Origin: Octopus sinensis | Taxonomy: Eukaryota | Direction of reading: 5' to 3' | Length of the DNA: 64,000 nucleotides | NCBI RefSeq assembly: GCF_006345805.1 | Contig: NC_043006.1 | Location: forward strand, 79,360,001-79,424,000 | In this document: positions 10,713 through 24,606 of the stretch, in pieces | Layout: each line of letters opens with the position of its first letter | Position numbering within the stretch: the first letter of the stretch is position 1 | Translations under genes and position numbers: made by a program | The notes under the pieces: generated by a model | Seen by the model: the letters and a program-made list of their open reading frames with translations, nothing else | Told to the model about the DNA's origin: nothing | Databases searched by the model: none

Positions 10713-12939
10713 CATATGTGTCCAATACAAGCAAGAAGTTCCAAAACAGTATTCAACACCATTGGACAAGAGCTGTCTATGGTTACAAAATGCATTGCAT
10801 ATCCAGTCTGATGTTTGGAAATTCAAAAAAACTAGATGTGATCTGCAACCTTTTCTCCTCTTATTTATCTTCTTTTTTCTTCAATTTTTCTCATGATGAA
10901 GGCCTAGCATCCAAAACATCAAGACTCCATTCTTTTAAAGCATTAAATTATCATAACATTTGTTAAAACTTGTCCATCCTGTGCCGTCTTCCTTTTGGAC
11001 TCACTGACTTCTTAACACATCATACATACATACATACATACAGACAGACAGATAGACAGACAGACAGACAGACAGACAGGCAGACAGATAGATAGATAGA
11101 CAGATACAGATAGACAGAGAGAGAGATACTCTTACATCACTTAGTCAAGAAGGAAAAGCCCTACAGAGCCTCCAACGATGTTGGAAAGGAAAAGAGGGAA
11201 GTATCTTTAAATAGAAAACCTGACTCAGATGCTTACAACTTAGTGGATTATGCTAAAGGCAGCCCAAAGACCAGGTGATATAGTTAAAATGGATGACAGA
11301 TAAAATTTACAACCCACGTACACTATGGCAGGATTTGAACTCAGAACATTACAAAACCAGAACAAATACTTCAACATACTCTCATCTAATATATTAATGT
11401 TTCTGCCACTGACCACCTTGGTTTGGTACTTTTTTTTTTTTTTATCAGCCTAAGAAGGATGAAAGACAAAGATGACCTAAGCAAAATTAAAAATCATAAC
11501 ATTTTTTTTTAAATCCCACAGGACAAATACTTTGAAATACTCTCATCTGACATACTAATTTTTCTGCCACTTTTCTGCCCTGCTTCAGCACTTCTTTAGT
11601 GAACCGGTAAGGATAAAAGGCAAAGTTGACCTTGGTAAGATTTGAACTCAAAACACAAGGAGCCAAAATAGCTATCGCAAGGCATTTCATCTGATGCTGT
11701 AACAACACAGCCAAATTACTGCCTAAAACCTGAGCCTATCTAATCAGTCTTTCAGTTTTGATGCTTATCATTGTAAGTCTTAGTTTTCTCCAAAAAATGT
11801 TTGGCACTTGCATATAAAGAACTAAAACAACAATTTTTATGTGTAGGCATTACTGAGGAACAGTCTATGCAAACGGTTAAGTGTTGATTGGTGTACGGAA
11901 TTTAAGCCAAGCACAAGACTTTATATGAAATACTAAAAGTAATAGTTAAATTTGAAATTGCTAGAGATAAAAAAATTCTCATATGATAATTCCAGTAAAT
12001 CTTAAATTCTAAATAAATTTCTCTTAATTAGTAGGAACTAGAAATTCAGCAATTTAATAGATAATTATATTTCAAAGCTTAAATAAACATGTAAAACAGC
12101 TTAAAGTTTTTATCAGGTATGGCTCTGTGATAAGAAGCTTGCTTCCCAAACAAATGGTTCCAGGTTCAGTCACACTGAACGGCACCTTCTATTACAGCCT
12201 CGGGCCAATCAAAGCCTTGTAAATGGATTTGGTAGATGGAAACAGAAAGAAACGGGGGGGAGGTCTTTGCATCTGTGTTTCTCTCCCACCAATGCTTGAC
12301 AACTGCTGGCAGTGTATTTACATCGCAATAACTTAGCAGTTCAGCAACAGAGACTGATAGAATAAGTGTGAGGCTTAAAAGAAAATAAGTACTAGTGTTG
12401 ATTCATGTGACTAAAGGTTCTTCAAGACGATGCCCCAGCATGGCAGCAGTCTAATGATGGAAACAAGCAAAAGATAAAAGACAGATAATAAGCTAGACAG
12501 CAATGGATTAAAGAAAAGTAAGGATTTAGATAATTAGCAAAATTACAAGGGTAACACAGCAGACATACATGTAGCCAAAAATATTAGAAGAACCAGTTGA
12601 TTAAATTTGAGAAATTCCACACCTTATCATATTATTTTCTCTTCTCTCTGATCATTTCCACTGCTCTTCATCCCAAGAAATATATATTGCCTCTTACTTG
12701 ACTACACAAGATAAGAATAGCAAACAAGGTGGGATCCTTTCGAAAGCATAACATTCAAATACACATTATGACAAGAGGAATATTAATTATAAAGATAAAT
12801 TTGATGAATCTCTATGTGCTTAAGTGGAATTTACTAGTATGCCAAGAGAAATATTTCAAACCATTCGTAATTTAAAAATTAGAACAAAAAAGTATCATAT
12901 TGATAGCTTGCACAAACACACACACACTATATATATATA

Positions 12940-13105
12940 GAGGAGTGCTTGGCGTTAGGAAGGGCATCCAGCTGTAGAAACATTGCCAGATTAGACTGGA
13001 GCCTGGTGCAGCCTTCTGGCTTCCCAGATCCCCGGTCGAACCGTCCAACCCATGCTAGCATGGAGAACGGACGTTAAACGATGATGATGATGATGATGAT
13101 GATGA
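12940..13105 (+). mobile_element. RTE 3' tail (family D)
   Basis: TTGGCGTTAGGAAGGGCATCCAGCTGTAGAAA...GGACGTTAAACG(ATG)n, between (TA)n tracts. Confidence 0.85.
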
Positions 13106-13166
13106 TATATATATATAAATGCACATAAAGATGCAAATTTTGCATCAATTGCTGCAGAAACATGTG

Positions 13167-13562
13167 TAGGAGTGGCTGCGTGGTAAGTAGCCTGCTTACC
13201 AACCACATGGTTCTGGGTTCATTCCCACTGCGTGGCACCTTGGGCAAGTATCTTCTACTATAACCTTGGGCCAACCAAAGCCTTGCAAGTGAATTTGGTA
13301 GACAGAACCTGAAAGAAGCCCATTGTGTGTATATAAATATATATACATATGTGTGTGTCTTTGTATCTGTGTTTGTCCCCACCACCACCACCATCGCTTG
13401 ACAACCAGTGTTAGTGTGTTTATGTCCCCGAAACTTCGATAAAAGTTTGATAAAAGACCTCAATAGAATAAGTATTAGGCTTACAAAGCATAAGTCCTGG
13501 GGTCGATTTGCTCGACTAAAGGCAGTGCTCCAGCATGGCCACAGTCAAACACATAAAAGAGT
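13167..13562 (+). mobile_element. SINE family A
   Basis: Full head, body and tail match to 14781-15211. Confidence 0.85.
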
Positions 13563-14780
13563 ATATATCTGTGTGTGTGTGTACATACAAACACACAGAG
13601 ACATACAACAGGATTTCTTTCAATTTCCATCAAGCAAATCCACTCACAATTCTTTGGCAGGCCCAGGACTATCATAGAAGATACTAGTCCAAGGTACCAC
13701 ACAATGAGACTGAGCACAGGACCATATTTTGTTGGGGTTTTTTTGGTTTTTTGGGGGGGTCTTTTTCTTCGCTTATTTGCCCGTTTTTGCTTCTTGATTT
13801 TTTTTTTTTTTTTGGTGGGGGAACTGTTTTACTACTCTCCTCTACATTATAATTTGAACAGATTAAAAGAACAAATCGTCAAAATCTATAAAAAAAAAGG
13901 TTTACCAGTTTGTGTGAAGTCATTCAAGGTTTTTAGTGGAGGATTCTCTCTCCCTCCCCCCTCTCTCTCTCTCTCTCTCCAATTCACATTGTAATTTCAA
14001 AGTCTGATGTATTTATATCAGCGAATATCGTCAATGATTTCAATATTGGTGATGGTGGAGATAGTGGTGGTGGTGATGTAATGACAGATGTTGATCAATG
14101 GCACAGAAGTGGCAGCAGCAGCAGCGGCGGCGGTGGTGGTGGTGGTGGTGCAAACACACTGTTAGTGATGGGGGAGTGATGACATATTTATTATGAGTTG
14201 GTCTTAGTGAAAGACTATACACTTGACAACAACAAAAAGTGGTGGTGGTGGTGGTGGTGGTGTGTGGTGGTGTGAAGGTAGTGGTAACAATAGTTAATGA
14301 TGGTAGTGTCACTAGTGGTGGTCGCAGAAACAGTAGAAGTGGTGACATCAGAATATAACAATAGTGGTAGGAGAGTGGGTGACACTTTGAGCATTAATGA
14401 TTATGATGATGATAAATGATGATGCTGATGATGACGATGGTGATTCCATTTAGATATAAAAACAAAAACGACTTGAAGAGGATCTTAATTTTGCAGGCTG
14501 TAAGGTGATCTCTCTAGTACTGGTGCCATAGAAAACAGTGTACAATAGAAGTTGTAAAGTGGCTGGCATTAGGAAAGGCATCCAGCTGGAGAAACCATAC
14601 CAAAGCAGACTGGAGCGTGATGCAGTCTACAGATCTATCAGATCCTACCAAACCAGCCAAATCATCATCATCATAGCTTTAATTAGATACTGACAGCTGT
14701 GAATATTCAAGAAATGGTCAACCTTTCCCACTAAAGGAGAGATAAAAATATTTCGAAACTTAAAATTATTCAGTAGGAAT

Positions 14781-14956
14781 AGATGCAGGAGTGGCTGTGT
14801 GGTAAGTAGTTTGCTAACCAACCACATGGTTCCGGGTTCAGTCCCACTGCGTGGCATCTTGGGCAAGTGTCTTCTGCTATAGCCCCGGGCCGACCAATGC
14901 CTTGTGAGTGGATTTGGTAGACAGAAACTGAAAGAAGCCTGTCGTATATGTGTGTA

Positions 14957-15004
<48 letters not shown>

Positions 15005-15211
15005 TTGTGTGTCTGTGTTTGTCCCCCTAGCATTGTCCCCTTGATGCTGGTGTGTTTACGTCCCCGTCACTTAGTGGTTCGGCAAAAGAGACCGATAGAA
15101 TAAGTACTAGGCTTACAAAGAATAAGTCCCGGGGTCGATTTGCTCGACTAAAGGCGGTGCTCCAGCATGGCCGCAGTCAAATGACTGAAACAAGTAAAAG
15201 AGTAAAAGAGT
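14781..15211 (+). mobile_element. Full-length SINE family A (reference copy)
   Basis: A box TGGCTGTGTGG, B-box-like GGTTCAGTCCC, CTTGGGCAAG (CORE-like start), internal (TA)n(TG)n, tail CAAGTAAAAGAGTAAAAGAGT. Confidence 0.92.
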
Positions 15212-16155
15212 ATTAAAAATTAATAACAAAAAAGAGGTGGGGAAGGAGGAAAGAGAAAGTTAATTTTTAAAAAGCCTTGTATTTTTCTACAACTCACAGT
15301 GGAGGGGGTTGGGTTTCTTATTCTTTTTTTCTTTTTTATGTTGGGTGTTTTTCCGGTTTTTTTTTTTATTTACTTTCTCTTGTATTGATATGGATTGTCC
15401 ACTCCCGCCTTTTTTTTTTTTTTCTTTTTCACACTAACCCTGTTCTATCTATAAGTGTAATTAGATTCCTGTTAATCCCTCCATATTTAATTTCCTGCTA
15501 ATAATTCTTTACAAATGTTGAAGGTAAATGGTGGCAGGCAGAAAAAGTTGCATAAATAGATATGTACTGGAAGGAGTTTCGCTTTTTTGTTTCTTTTTTG
15601 TTCTTTTTTTGTTTCTTTTTCTTTTCTTTTTCCGTGTCCACTTTCAAGACCCACTCCCCATTTACGTTTAACTTTGGTTCAACTAGTACTTCATTTCTTT
15701 TTCTTTTTTTTTGTATTTTTTTTTGTATGACTATGTTATCTTTTTAATTCCACAAAGGAAGAATATCTCAGTGGTTACTTAAATGTTGAAATGAAAATTC
15801 TATAAAAACTTAGCAGTGACATTTTCATGTCTACGAGAATGTGTCGACACCCAGTAACCATCACATCATTTTGAACAAAACAAATAAAATATAACAGTCA
15901 CTGGTTGTAATAACTACTATTTAATATGATATTAGAGAGCATGTTATGGCAAAAACAGTTGTAATTGTAACTGTGCTGGCATTTATTCCACTTCTAGTGT
16001 AAGGCCAACATTTTGCATTCATGCATATAAATCAGTGTTTCTCAACAATCTTTTGCCTATGGACCACTCCGATTCTTATTTTCCTCTACTGGTCCTCCAT
16101 AGCTATTTCATCATCATCATTTCGCATCTGCTTTCCATACTGGCGTGGGGTAGAC

Positions 16156-16394
16156 CAGGGGTCAGCAAACCAGGGTAAATTACCCCAAGCAGGGTAAAAA
16201 TGAAATTCTTGGGAGTAAGGAGGATTCATTAGACGTAAGTAAAATTATTTTTAGAAAAAACATGTTCCTTCCATAAACCCGTTGAATTCAAAAGATTCTA
16301 TGATTGGCCCCCCCCCCTTTCAAATCTAGGGTGTAATGTCAGTGTAAATAAATATATTTCGGGTTAATTGGTTGAAAAAGCTCCCTGACCACTG
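16156..16394. mobile_element. hAT-like MITE inserted in an antisense RTE tail
   Basis: Termini CAGGGGTCAG.../...CTGACCACTG; interrupts a family D tail (about 16110-16680, minus strand); TSD not recognisable. Confidence 0.55.
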
Positions 16395-17269
16395 CGTTAG
16401 TTTGACAAACTGGTAAGCTATAGGACTACACGAGGTTCCAATCTGATTTGGGATAGTTTCTACGGCTGGATGCCTTTCCTAACGCCAACCACTTCAAGAG
16501 TATAATACATGCTTTTTACATACCACCAGCATGGGTGCCAGTTACGTGACACCAGTATTGGCCATGACTAAGATTTCAATTAGCCCTGATGGGTTTTCTC
16601 ATGCATAGTATATCACCAAAGGTCTTGGTCATTTATCACTGCTTCCATGAGGCCCAATGTTCAAAAGGTGCTTTTAAAAATTCCTATTATATTTTTATAA
16701 TAAAATATCATTAGTGGGTGCTGGTGCCACATAAAAAGCACTGATACTGGTGCCAGGTAAAAAGCACCTAGTACACTCCGTGGAGTGGTTGGTGTTAGGA
16801 AGGGCACCCAGCCATGGGAACAAAACCAAAACAGACTATGGAACTTGGTGTGGCCCTTGACCTTGCCAGTTCCCGTCAAGCTGTCCAACCCATGCCAGCA
16901 TAGAAAAACAGACATTTGATGATGATGATGATGATGAATTCTATGTGTGTGTGTGTGTGTGTAAGTATATATGTGTGTATGCATGTATGCATATGTAGAG
17001 AGAGGGGTATGGAGAGAGAAAGAGAAAGAGGGAGAGAGAGAGAAATGTGATAGAGAGAGAAAAGAGGGAGTGAGAGTCTTGGTAACTAGTGTGGGTTGGT
17101 AACAAGAAGGACATCTAGTGTTGTATAAAATAAAATCAGCCTCAATGAACATCAACACTTTACCAGCTATACTGATGACAACAATGAAGGTGATGACGGC
17201 AATGATGACAGCAATGACAACAGAGATGATGATGTTAATAATGATGTTGATGATGATGATCCCGCATAA

Positions 17270-17637
17270 TTCTTTTTATCTTTTTACCCTTTTACTTGTT
17301 CCAATCATTAAACTGCGCTTATTCCAGGGCACCACCTTGAAGGTTTTTAGCCAAACAAATCAACTCCCGTACTTATTTTTACCTTAAAGCCTGCTACTTA
17401 TTCTATTCATCTCATTTGTTGAGCTGCTAAGTTATGGGGATGTAAACACACCAATGCTGGCTGTCAAGCAGTGATCACACACATACATGATGGGATTCTT
17501 TTCAGTTTCCAACAACCAAATCCACTCACAAGGATTTGGTTGGCCTGAGACTATAGTAGAAGACACTTGCCTACAGTGCCACACAGAGGGACTGAACCTG
17601 GGCCCATGTAGTTAGAAAGCAAGCTTCTTACCACACA
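17270..17637 (-). mobile_element. SINE family A, older copy
   Basis: Reverse complement colinear with family A. Confidence 0.75.
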
Positions 17638-18057
17638 AATTTTTTTTAAAGAAAAGTTTTCTCAGCAACAGGTCATTGACCAAAGTATTTTTCAAGAATT
17701 GTATTTCATCAAAGTTTTAGTATAGCTTGAAATAATGGTTTCAAATTTTAGCACAGGACCAGCAATTTTGAAGGGAGGGGTCAACCAATTCCACTGCCCC
17801 CCGCCCCGTACTTGACCAGTACATATTTTATTGATCCCAGAAAGAATGAAAGCAAAGTTGACCTCAGCAGAATTTGAACTCAGAACACAAAGACTGATGA
17901 AAGGCTGTTAAGCACTTTGTCCTGCATGCTAATGATTCTGCCAGCTTGAGCTTTACATATTTCGAAATAATTATTTCTACTAAAGGCACAAGGCCTGAAA
18001 TTTAGGGGGGGTAGTCAATTACATCAACTTCAGTACGCAACTGGTACTTATTTTATC

Positions 18058-18293
18058 AAGGCGGCGGCGAGCTGGCAGAAACATTAGCACGCTGGGCGAA
18101 ATGCGTAGCTGTATTTCGTCTGCCGTTACGTTCTGAGTTCAAATTCCGCCGAGGTTGACTTTGCCTTTCATCCTTTCGGGGTCAATTAAATAAGTACCAG
18201 TTACGCACTGGGGTCGATATAATCGACTTAATCCGTGTGTCTGTCCTTGTTTGTCCTCTCTGTGTTTAGCTCCTTGTGGGTAGTAAAGAAATA
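18058..18293 (+). mobile_element. Young SINE family C (C2 tail) nested in another family C copy
   Basis: 15-bp TSD GGTACTTATTTTATC at 18043-18057 and 18294-18308; head GGCGGCGAGCTGGCAGAA...GAGTTCAAATTCC; flanked by minus-strand family C copies (about 17735-18057 and 18309-18522). Confidence 0.9.
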
Positions 18294-19224
18294 GGTACTT
18301 ATTTTATCCTTTTCTACTCTAGGAGCAAGGCCCGAAATTCTGGAAGTGGAGGTCAGTCAATGAGATCAACCCCAGTACACAACTGGTACTTATTTTATCA
18401 ACCCCATCAAAAGGATGAAAGCCAAAGTCGACCGTGGTAGAATTTGAACTCAGAACATGAAGACGGACGAAATACCGCTAAGCATTTTGCCTGGTGTTCT
18501 ACCAATTCTGCCAGCTTGCCGCTGTATAATATAGTTGGAAATAATACAATTTGCTTTTGCATATTTTTGTGTTTTTTTTTTTTTTTACTTTATTTTTTTT
18601 GTTTTACAACCAAGCAATCCTGGTACTCGCATAACTTATCTATTCCATCTAAGAAATAGAATAAAATAAAATAAAATAAAAAATAATACAAGTAAAAATA
18701 AATTACGCAAAAGAAATGTTTTTTTTTTTCTCTCTCTCTCTCTCGTTCCGTTCCGTTCCGTTTTCTTTAATGATGAGGAGGAGTTTGGTTACAAATCAAG
18801 ATTACGTAGTCAAAATTATACGAGCAATTCAAAACATAAAATGAAATACAAACTCCATCTCTTCCCCTACCACCACTCTTTCTCACTCTCTCTCTCTCTC
18901 TCTCTGTTGTAGAGGAGAAGATAGGTATCATTTACAAAGCAAAAAGTCAGTTTGAGAGAGAGAGAGAGAGAGAGAAAGACACAGAGAGAGATGGGGTGAA
19001 GTAAACTGGCACGAAAATAAAGAGCTTTTTGTTTAGAGAAAGCAGCTGCCCTTGTGAATGGTGTGTGTTTAGATGACAGCCAGATGAGAGCACATGCATA
19101 CATCCTGCTCACCTTCCACTAATTGGCTGCAGGAAAGTTATCAAAATTACTCCAGGAATATTAGTAGAATAGGCAGTTCATATACTTCCATTCTATGTGT
19201 GTATACACCCACACACATATACAT

Positions 19225-19489
19225 AATGCATGTGTGTGTGTGTATAAACATATATATATAATATATATATATATATAATATATATATATTATATATATAT
19301 ATTATGTAAATAAAATATATGTATATTTATATATATACACAAATATATATACACACATACAAATATATGTATATAAACATATACATACATATATATACAC
19401 ATAATACCACACATATATAAAGTTAATCCAAACAAGAAAGCACAAATATATACAAATATATAAGAAAGCACATATATATACATATATAC

Positions 19490-19532
<43 letters not shown>

Positions 19533-19690
19533 TGTATACATACATATATGTATACATATATACATACATATATATATATAAGCACAGACATATATACATA
19601 TATATATGCACACACATATATACATATATATAGACACACGCATATACACATGTATATACATACACCACACATATGTATGTATATATCTCT
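19225..19690. repeat. Compound (TA)n/(TACA)n/(CA)n microsatellite
   Basis: Read directly; source of the YIYVCM-rich spurious ORFs. Confidence 0.9.
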
Positions 19691-19694
19691 CTTA

Positions 19695-19906
19695 GACTCC
19701 GCCGGTTACGACGACGAGGGTCCCAGCTGATACGATCAACGGAACAGCTTGCTCGTGAAATTAACGTGCAAATGGCTGAGCATTCCACAGACACGTGTAC
19801 CCTTAACGTAGTTCTCGGGGATAATCAGCGTGACACAGAGAGTGACAAGGCTGACCCTTTGAAGTACAAGTACAACTCATTTTTGCCAGCTGAGTGGACT
19901 GGAGCA
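19695..19906 (-). mobile_element. SINE family G (CORE-like body plus the tail shared with family E), 5'-truncated
   Basis: 19695-19870 matches 32619-32795; 19872-19906 matches the family B body (AACTCATTTTTGCCAGCTGAGTGGACTGGAGCA). Confidence 0.8.
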
Positions 19907-20369
19907 TATATATATATATATATACACACAGACACACATATATATATATATACATGTATATACATACACGTATTATATGCATATAGACAGATATATAGAT
20001 ACACACATGTGCACGTGCACACACACACAGACACACACACACACACATTCACATACAAATGCAAATAAACAAACACCCACGTGAAGAACAATAACGATAT
20101 TTATTTCTATCAACAAATAAATGAATAATAAACACAACTTATCGTTGTTATTTACGCTGTTGATGACACTACAATGTTTATCTCACACACAATCTTCGGG
20201 TCGGATGTTTATGACTTCCAAGTGCAAAATGGTAATTGCACTCTTAACCGTTTTTTATCTTACACTAGTATATGTAGCAAAGTCTACTCAGAGCCTAACA
20301 GGTCTCACGAGGGCAGAGCTTATGCAAATCCTCAAAGTGTATGATGTTTACACTATGACTATATACAAG

Positions 20370-20662
20370 CAGGGCTGTGGAGTCGGAGTTAGAGTCTCAG
20401 AGTTGGAAACTATTAAGGGGAAGTCGGAGTCAGAGTGGGTAAAATTATATCGACTCTAATTCCGACTCACAATGTCTTTATTCTTTAATATAAAGCAGCT
20501 GTAACATATAGGCCCACTCAAAGAACAAGTGTATGCATATGCTTTATGAGATATGTAGACCACAATCAGTCAATTACATGAAGTGGAGTCAGAGTCAGAA
20601 TCGGAGGTGCCAATAGTAGAGGAGTCGGAGTCAAAGTTTTTTGTTTTGACTCCACAGCCCTG
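20370..20662. mobile_element. hAT-superfamily MITE
   Basis: Perfect 15-bp TIR CAGGGCTGTGGAGTC / GACTCCACAGCCCTG; perfect 8-bp TSD TATACAAG at 20362-20369 and 20663-20670; subterminal GAGTCG repeats. Confidence 0.92.
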
Positions 20663-20689
20663 TATACAAGGCACATGTAAGAACACACA

Positions 20690-20720
<31 letters not shown>

Positions 20721-21192
20721 GTGCACGCATGTGCACATGTGCTACTGAACAGAATTGTAGTTCATAGCAATTTTGACCCTACCATCACTGGATCATCAGT
20801 TAACCATAAAAAGAACCAGCAAGTCACCTGCAAATGAATATGGCTTAGCATCATGCAATGCCTCTGCTACATGTTGTAGGTTCTCTTATAGTCATGAACA
20901 GAGACACTTTTTTTTGTCCTCCTACAAGAAAAGCACCAGTGACACATCCAGGATGTGATGATAATTAGAGGGACATGGAGCTGGGATCCTCTTTTATTAA
21001 AACATCATCCTGGTATGTTATTGTAGTGACATTTGGTCTTTAATATCAACCACAAAGTCACACAAAACTTGCCTTCAATATATTTTCTAAGGCTTTAGTC
21101 GGCCAAGGGCTATAGTCAAAGACCCTTGTCCAAGTTGCCCACTATCAGTGGGATTGAACTCAGAACCATGTGGTTGGGAAGCCAACTTCTTA

Positions 21193-21419
21193 TTTCTTTA
21201 CTGCCCACAAGGGGCTACACACACAGGGGACAAACAAGGACAGATAAACGGATTAAGTTGATTATATCGACCTCAGTGCGTAGCTGGTCCTTATTTAATC
21301 AACCCCGAAAGGATGAAAGGCAAAGTCGACCTCGGCGGAATTTGAACTCAGAACATAGCAACAGACAAAATACCGCTTAGCATTTTGCCCAGCGTGCTAA
21401 CGTTTCTGCCAGCTCGCCG
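21193..21419 (-). mobile_element. SINE family C (C2 tail)
   Basis: Reverse complement of 18058-18293; short direct repeat CTTCTTA at both ends; inserted into a family A remnant. Confidence 0.85.
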
Positions 21420-22874
21420 CTTCTTACCACACACTTAGCCATGCTTGCACTTATTTTCAATTTTTTTTTGTTTCCTTTTAGGGTTTAATAGAGGAGAAAG
21501 GGCAATGCCTATGACCCTTTTCAGGATTTCTAAGACTCGTGGGAAGAAGAAAGGAAATTATCTTCAGATGAGAGACCAAGCCTAAATGCTCACAAAACAG
21601 AGTGGAGTTTGTTAATGTCACCCAAGATATCAGAGAGCTATGCTAAACAGGGCAATGGCTTTACACCACTATCTTACATCTTGGGTACCTTGAGTAGACG
21701 CCACCCAACAGTTAGGCCCCTATGATCCAAGATCAACTTTCTGCATCTATGAGATCAATAAAATAAATCACCAATGTAGTGAAATCAATATAATCAACTG
21801 AAACACTTGAGGCTGGCAGTGCTTCAGCATGGCCACAATCCACATGAAAGAAATCAATAAAAAAGAATGGTTGCATTGAAACACATTCTGCAGTCTTTTT
21901 AATTCCATAGAAGAATAGAACCATTATGCTAAAGTAAAATTATACAAGAGATTTTTTTTAATCTTTAACTATCTTTGTAATTTAATATATAATGTGCTTG
22001 TAAGTGGGGTTTTTTGTTTTGTTTTTTTGGGGATTTTTTAAATTGCTTATATAATCATGAACAGAGACACTCTCTTGGCCCTCCTACAATGTGAGCTAGT
22101 GACACATACATCCAGGATGTGATGATACTTGGAGGGACAGAAAGCTGGGAGCCTCTTTGACCTTTAAATTTTGGGGAAAAAATGCAGATTATACTCGTGG
22201 ATTTACAGTAGATGCTATATTATTGTTGCTTGCTCAGCTAGAATACATGTAACATGGATGCCCTATCAGAAATGTGAAAAGTAGATGTAACAAAATGCAC
22301 AATTAAGAAACTCAAAATACTCTAAGAATCCACCCCAAAAATTAACTTCTATGAAACTTCAATTCTACCCAATATAGCAAATTTTTAAAATATTTATCAA
22401 AAATCTTTTTGTTTTTCTTATTCCATTACAAATTACCTTTAAAAGTCTATCTACAACACTTATTTGTGTCATTAGGAAAAAAAAAAATCAATGTTTACTA
22501 CAGACATAATAACAACCATTTTAGTAATTATGTCAAACTAAATTAAAAAATATTGTTAATTGACAATAAATAGTGGGTGAACTAGGGCACCAACTGATTG
22601 TCTAATTTGTGGCAACAGCTTTACTTATTTATTTATTTATTTACTTTAATGGCTTATCTAGAGGAGAAAGAACAGTACCCATAGACTCTTATCTGGGTCT
22701 GTTACACTTAAACTTGAAACCGGAGTAGACCCTGCTAAAAGCAACCATGAGCCAGTTGGTGGCGTTGAACCAAAAACCAAGCAACACATTAAATATATAT
22801 ATCTCCCGAATACAAGTCAGCCAAATTTCATTCATGAAGCTCTGGTCGGCCCAAGTCCATGGCGAAAACATTTG

Positions 22875-22909
<35 letters not shown>

Positions 22910-23427
22910 TTACACACAGAGCAAATGATTCAAATACTACAGTGATAATTTATCAATCCTACGAGGACGAAAGCCAAAGTTGGTCTTGATGGAATTTAAA
23001 ATCAGAACACAGAGACCTGGAATGAATACCATTTGTTGCAAATGCGATATCTGAATGAACACAGCATTCTCTCCAGCTACTGTCAGTAAATCTTACATCT
23101 GATGGAGTCACTAGTTTATATATCGGGAAATAGTAGGAATAATACTCAACATCATCCTCATCATCATCATTTAACATCCGTTAACGCCAGTTGATTACAT
23201 CGACCTCAGTATGCAATGTTATGGGGACATAAACACACCAACATTGGTTGTCAAGTGATGGTGGGGACAAACACAGACACACAAATACATACATACATAC
23301 ACACAATTGATAGGAGGCCCAAAAGGATGAAAGGCAAAGGTTGGCAGAATTTGAACTCAGAAAGTAAAGACAGACAAAATACCACCTAGCATTTCACCTG
23401 GTGTGTTGTTTCTGCCAGCTTGCCACC

Positions 23428-23459
<32 letters not shown>

Positions 23460-24606
23460 CTTTTCTACTATAGGCACAAGGTCTAAAAATATGGGTAACG
23501 TGGGCTGGTTGATTACATCAACCCTAGTATCCAACTGGGGTTCATTTTATTGACCTCGAAAGGATGAAAGGTAAAGTCAACCTTGGTGGAATTTGAACTC
23601 AGAAAGACAAAATGCTGCTAAGCATTTTGCTTGGTGTGCTATACTAATGGAGTGGACTGGTAGGTGGAAACTGAAAGAAGCCCATTGTGTATATGTATGT
23701 ATTTGTGTGTCTGTGTTTGTCCCCCACCACCACCATCACTTGACAACCAATGTTTGTGTGTTTACATCCCCATAACATAACAGTTCAGCAAAAAGAGACG
23801 GATATAAAAAGTACTAGGCTTACAAAGAATAAGTCCTAGGGTCGATTTGTTTGACTAAAGGTGGTGCTCCAGCATGGCTACAGTCAAATGACTGAACAAG
23901 AAAAATAAAAGAATAAAATAGATAAATGGCACCTTGAGAAAGTATATTCTATTATATCCTTGGGTTGACCAAAGCCTTGAGGGTGGATTTGGTAGATGGA
24001 AACTGAAAGAAACCCTGTTGTGTGTGTGTTTGGTTCTGTGTTTATCACCCGCCACCACTCAACAACTGGTGAGCAAAAGAGACTGATGGAATACCAGGCT
24101 TTAAAAAAATAAGTCCTGGGGGTCAATTTGTTCAGCTAAAACCCTTTAAGGCAGTGCCCCCAGCATGGCCACAGTCAAAAATGACTGAAACAAGTAAAAT
24201 ATAAATGATGAAAATAAAAAGATAATTAAATTAAACTTTTTCCAAGTGAGGATTTAAAACATCAATATTCATTTCCCTCAAATTTTGCTTGAATATAAAA
24301 ATATCAGACTTAATATCTACTTTCTCTCTCTCTCTCACTCATATACACACACACACACATACACACACACAAATAAATACTAGTAGTCAATTAACCCAAT
24401 TTTTTTTTTTGGTTATTTTTTTTCCCCGTTTTATTTACACAATTTGGCAAGATTCTTAACTCATTTCCAGCGGTAGGTAATAAGTGCAAGAGGATTAACA
24501 CACCAAATTAATGACAATCATTGGTACTCATATAACACTCACAGTTAATGTCTAATGTCTTCTTTGCTATTTATTACTATTTACTACTACTACTATTATA
24601 ATTATA

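Noticed and set aside
21560-21610. CAGATGA...AAAAC degenerate hammerhead-like string
   Set aside because: Needs too many substitutions and has no stem I.
22660-22880. Open frame of about 75 codons on the + strand
   Set aside because: The 3' half is a degenerate antisense family A SINE and the rest resembles a retroposon tail; no protein similarity recognised.
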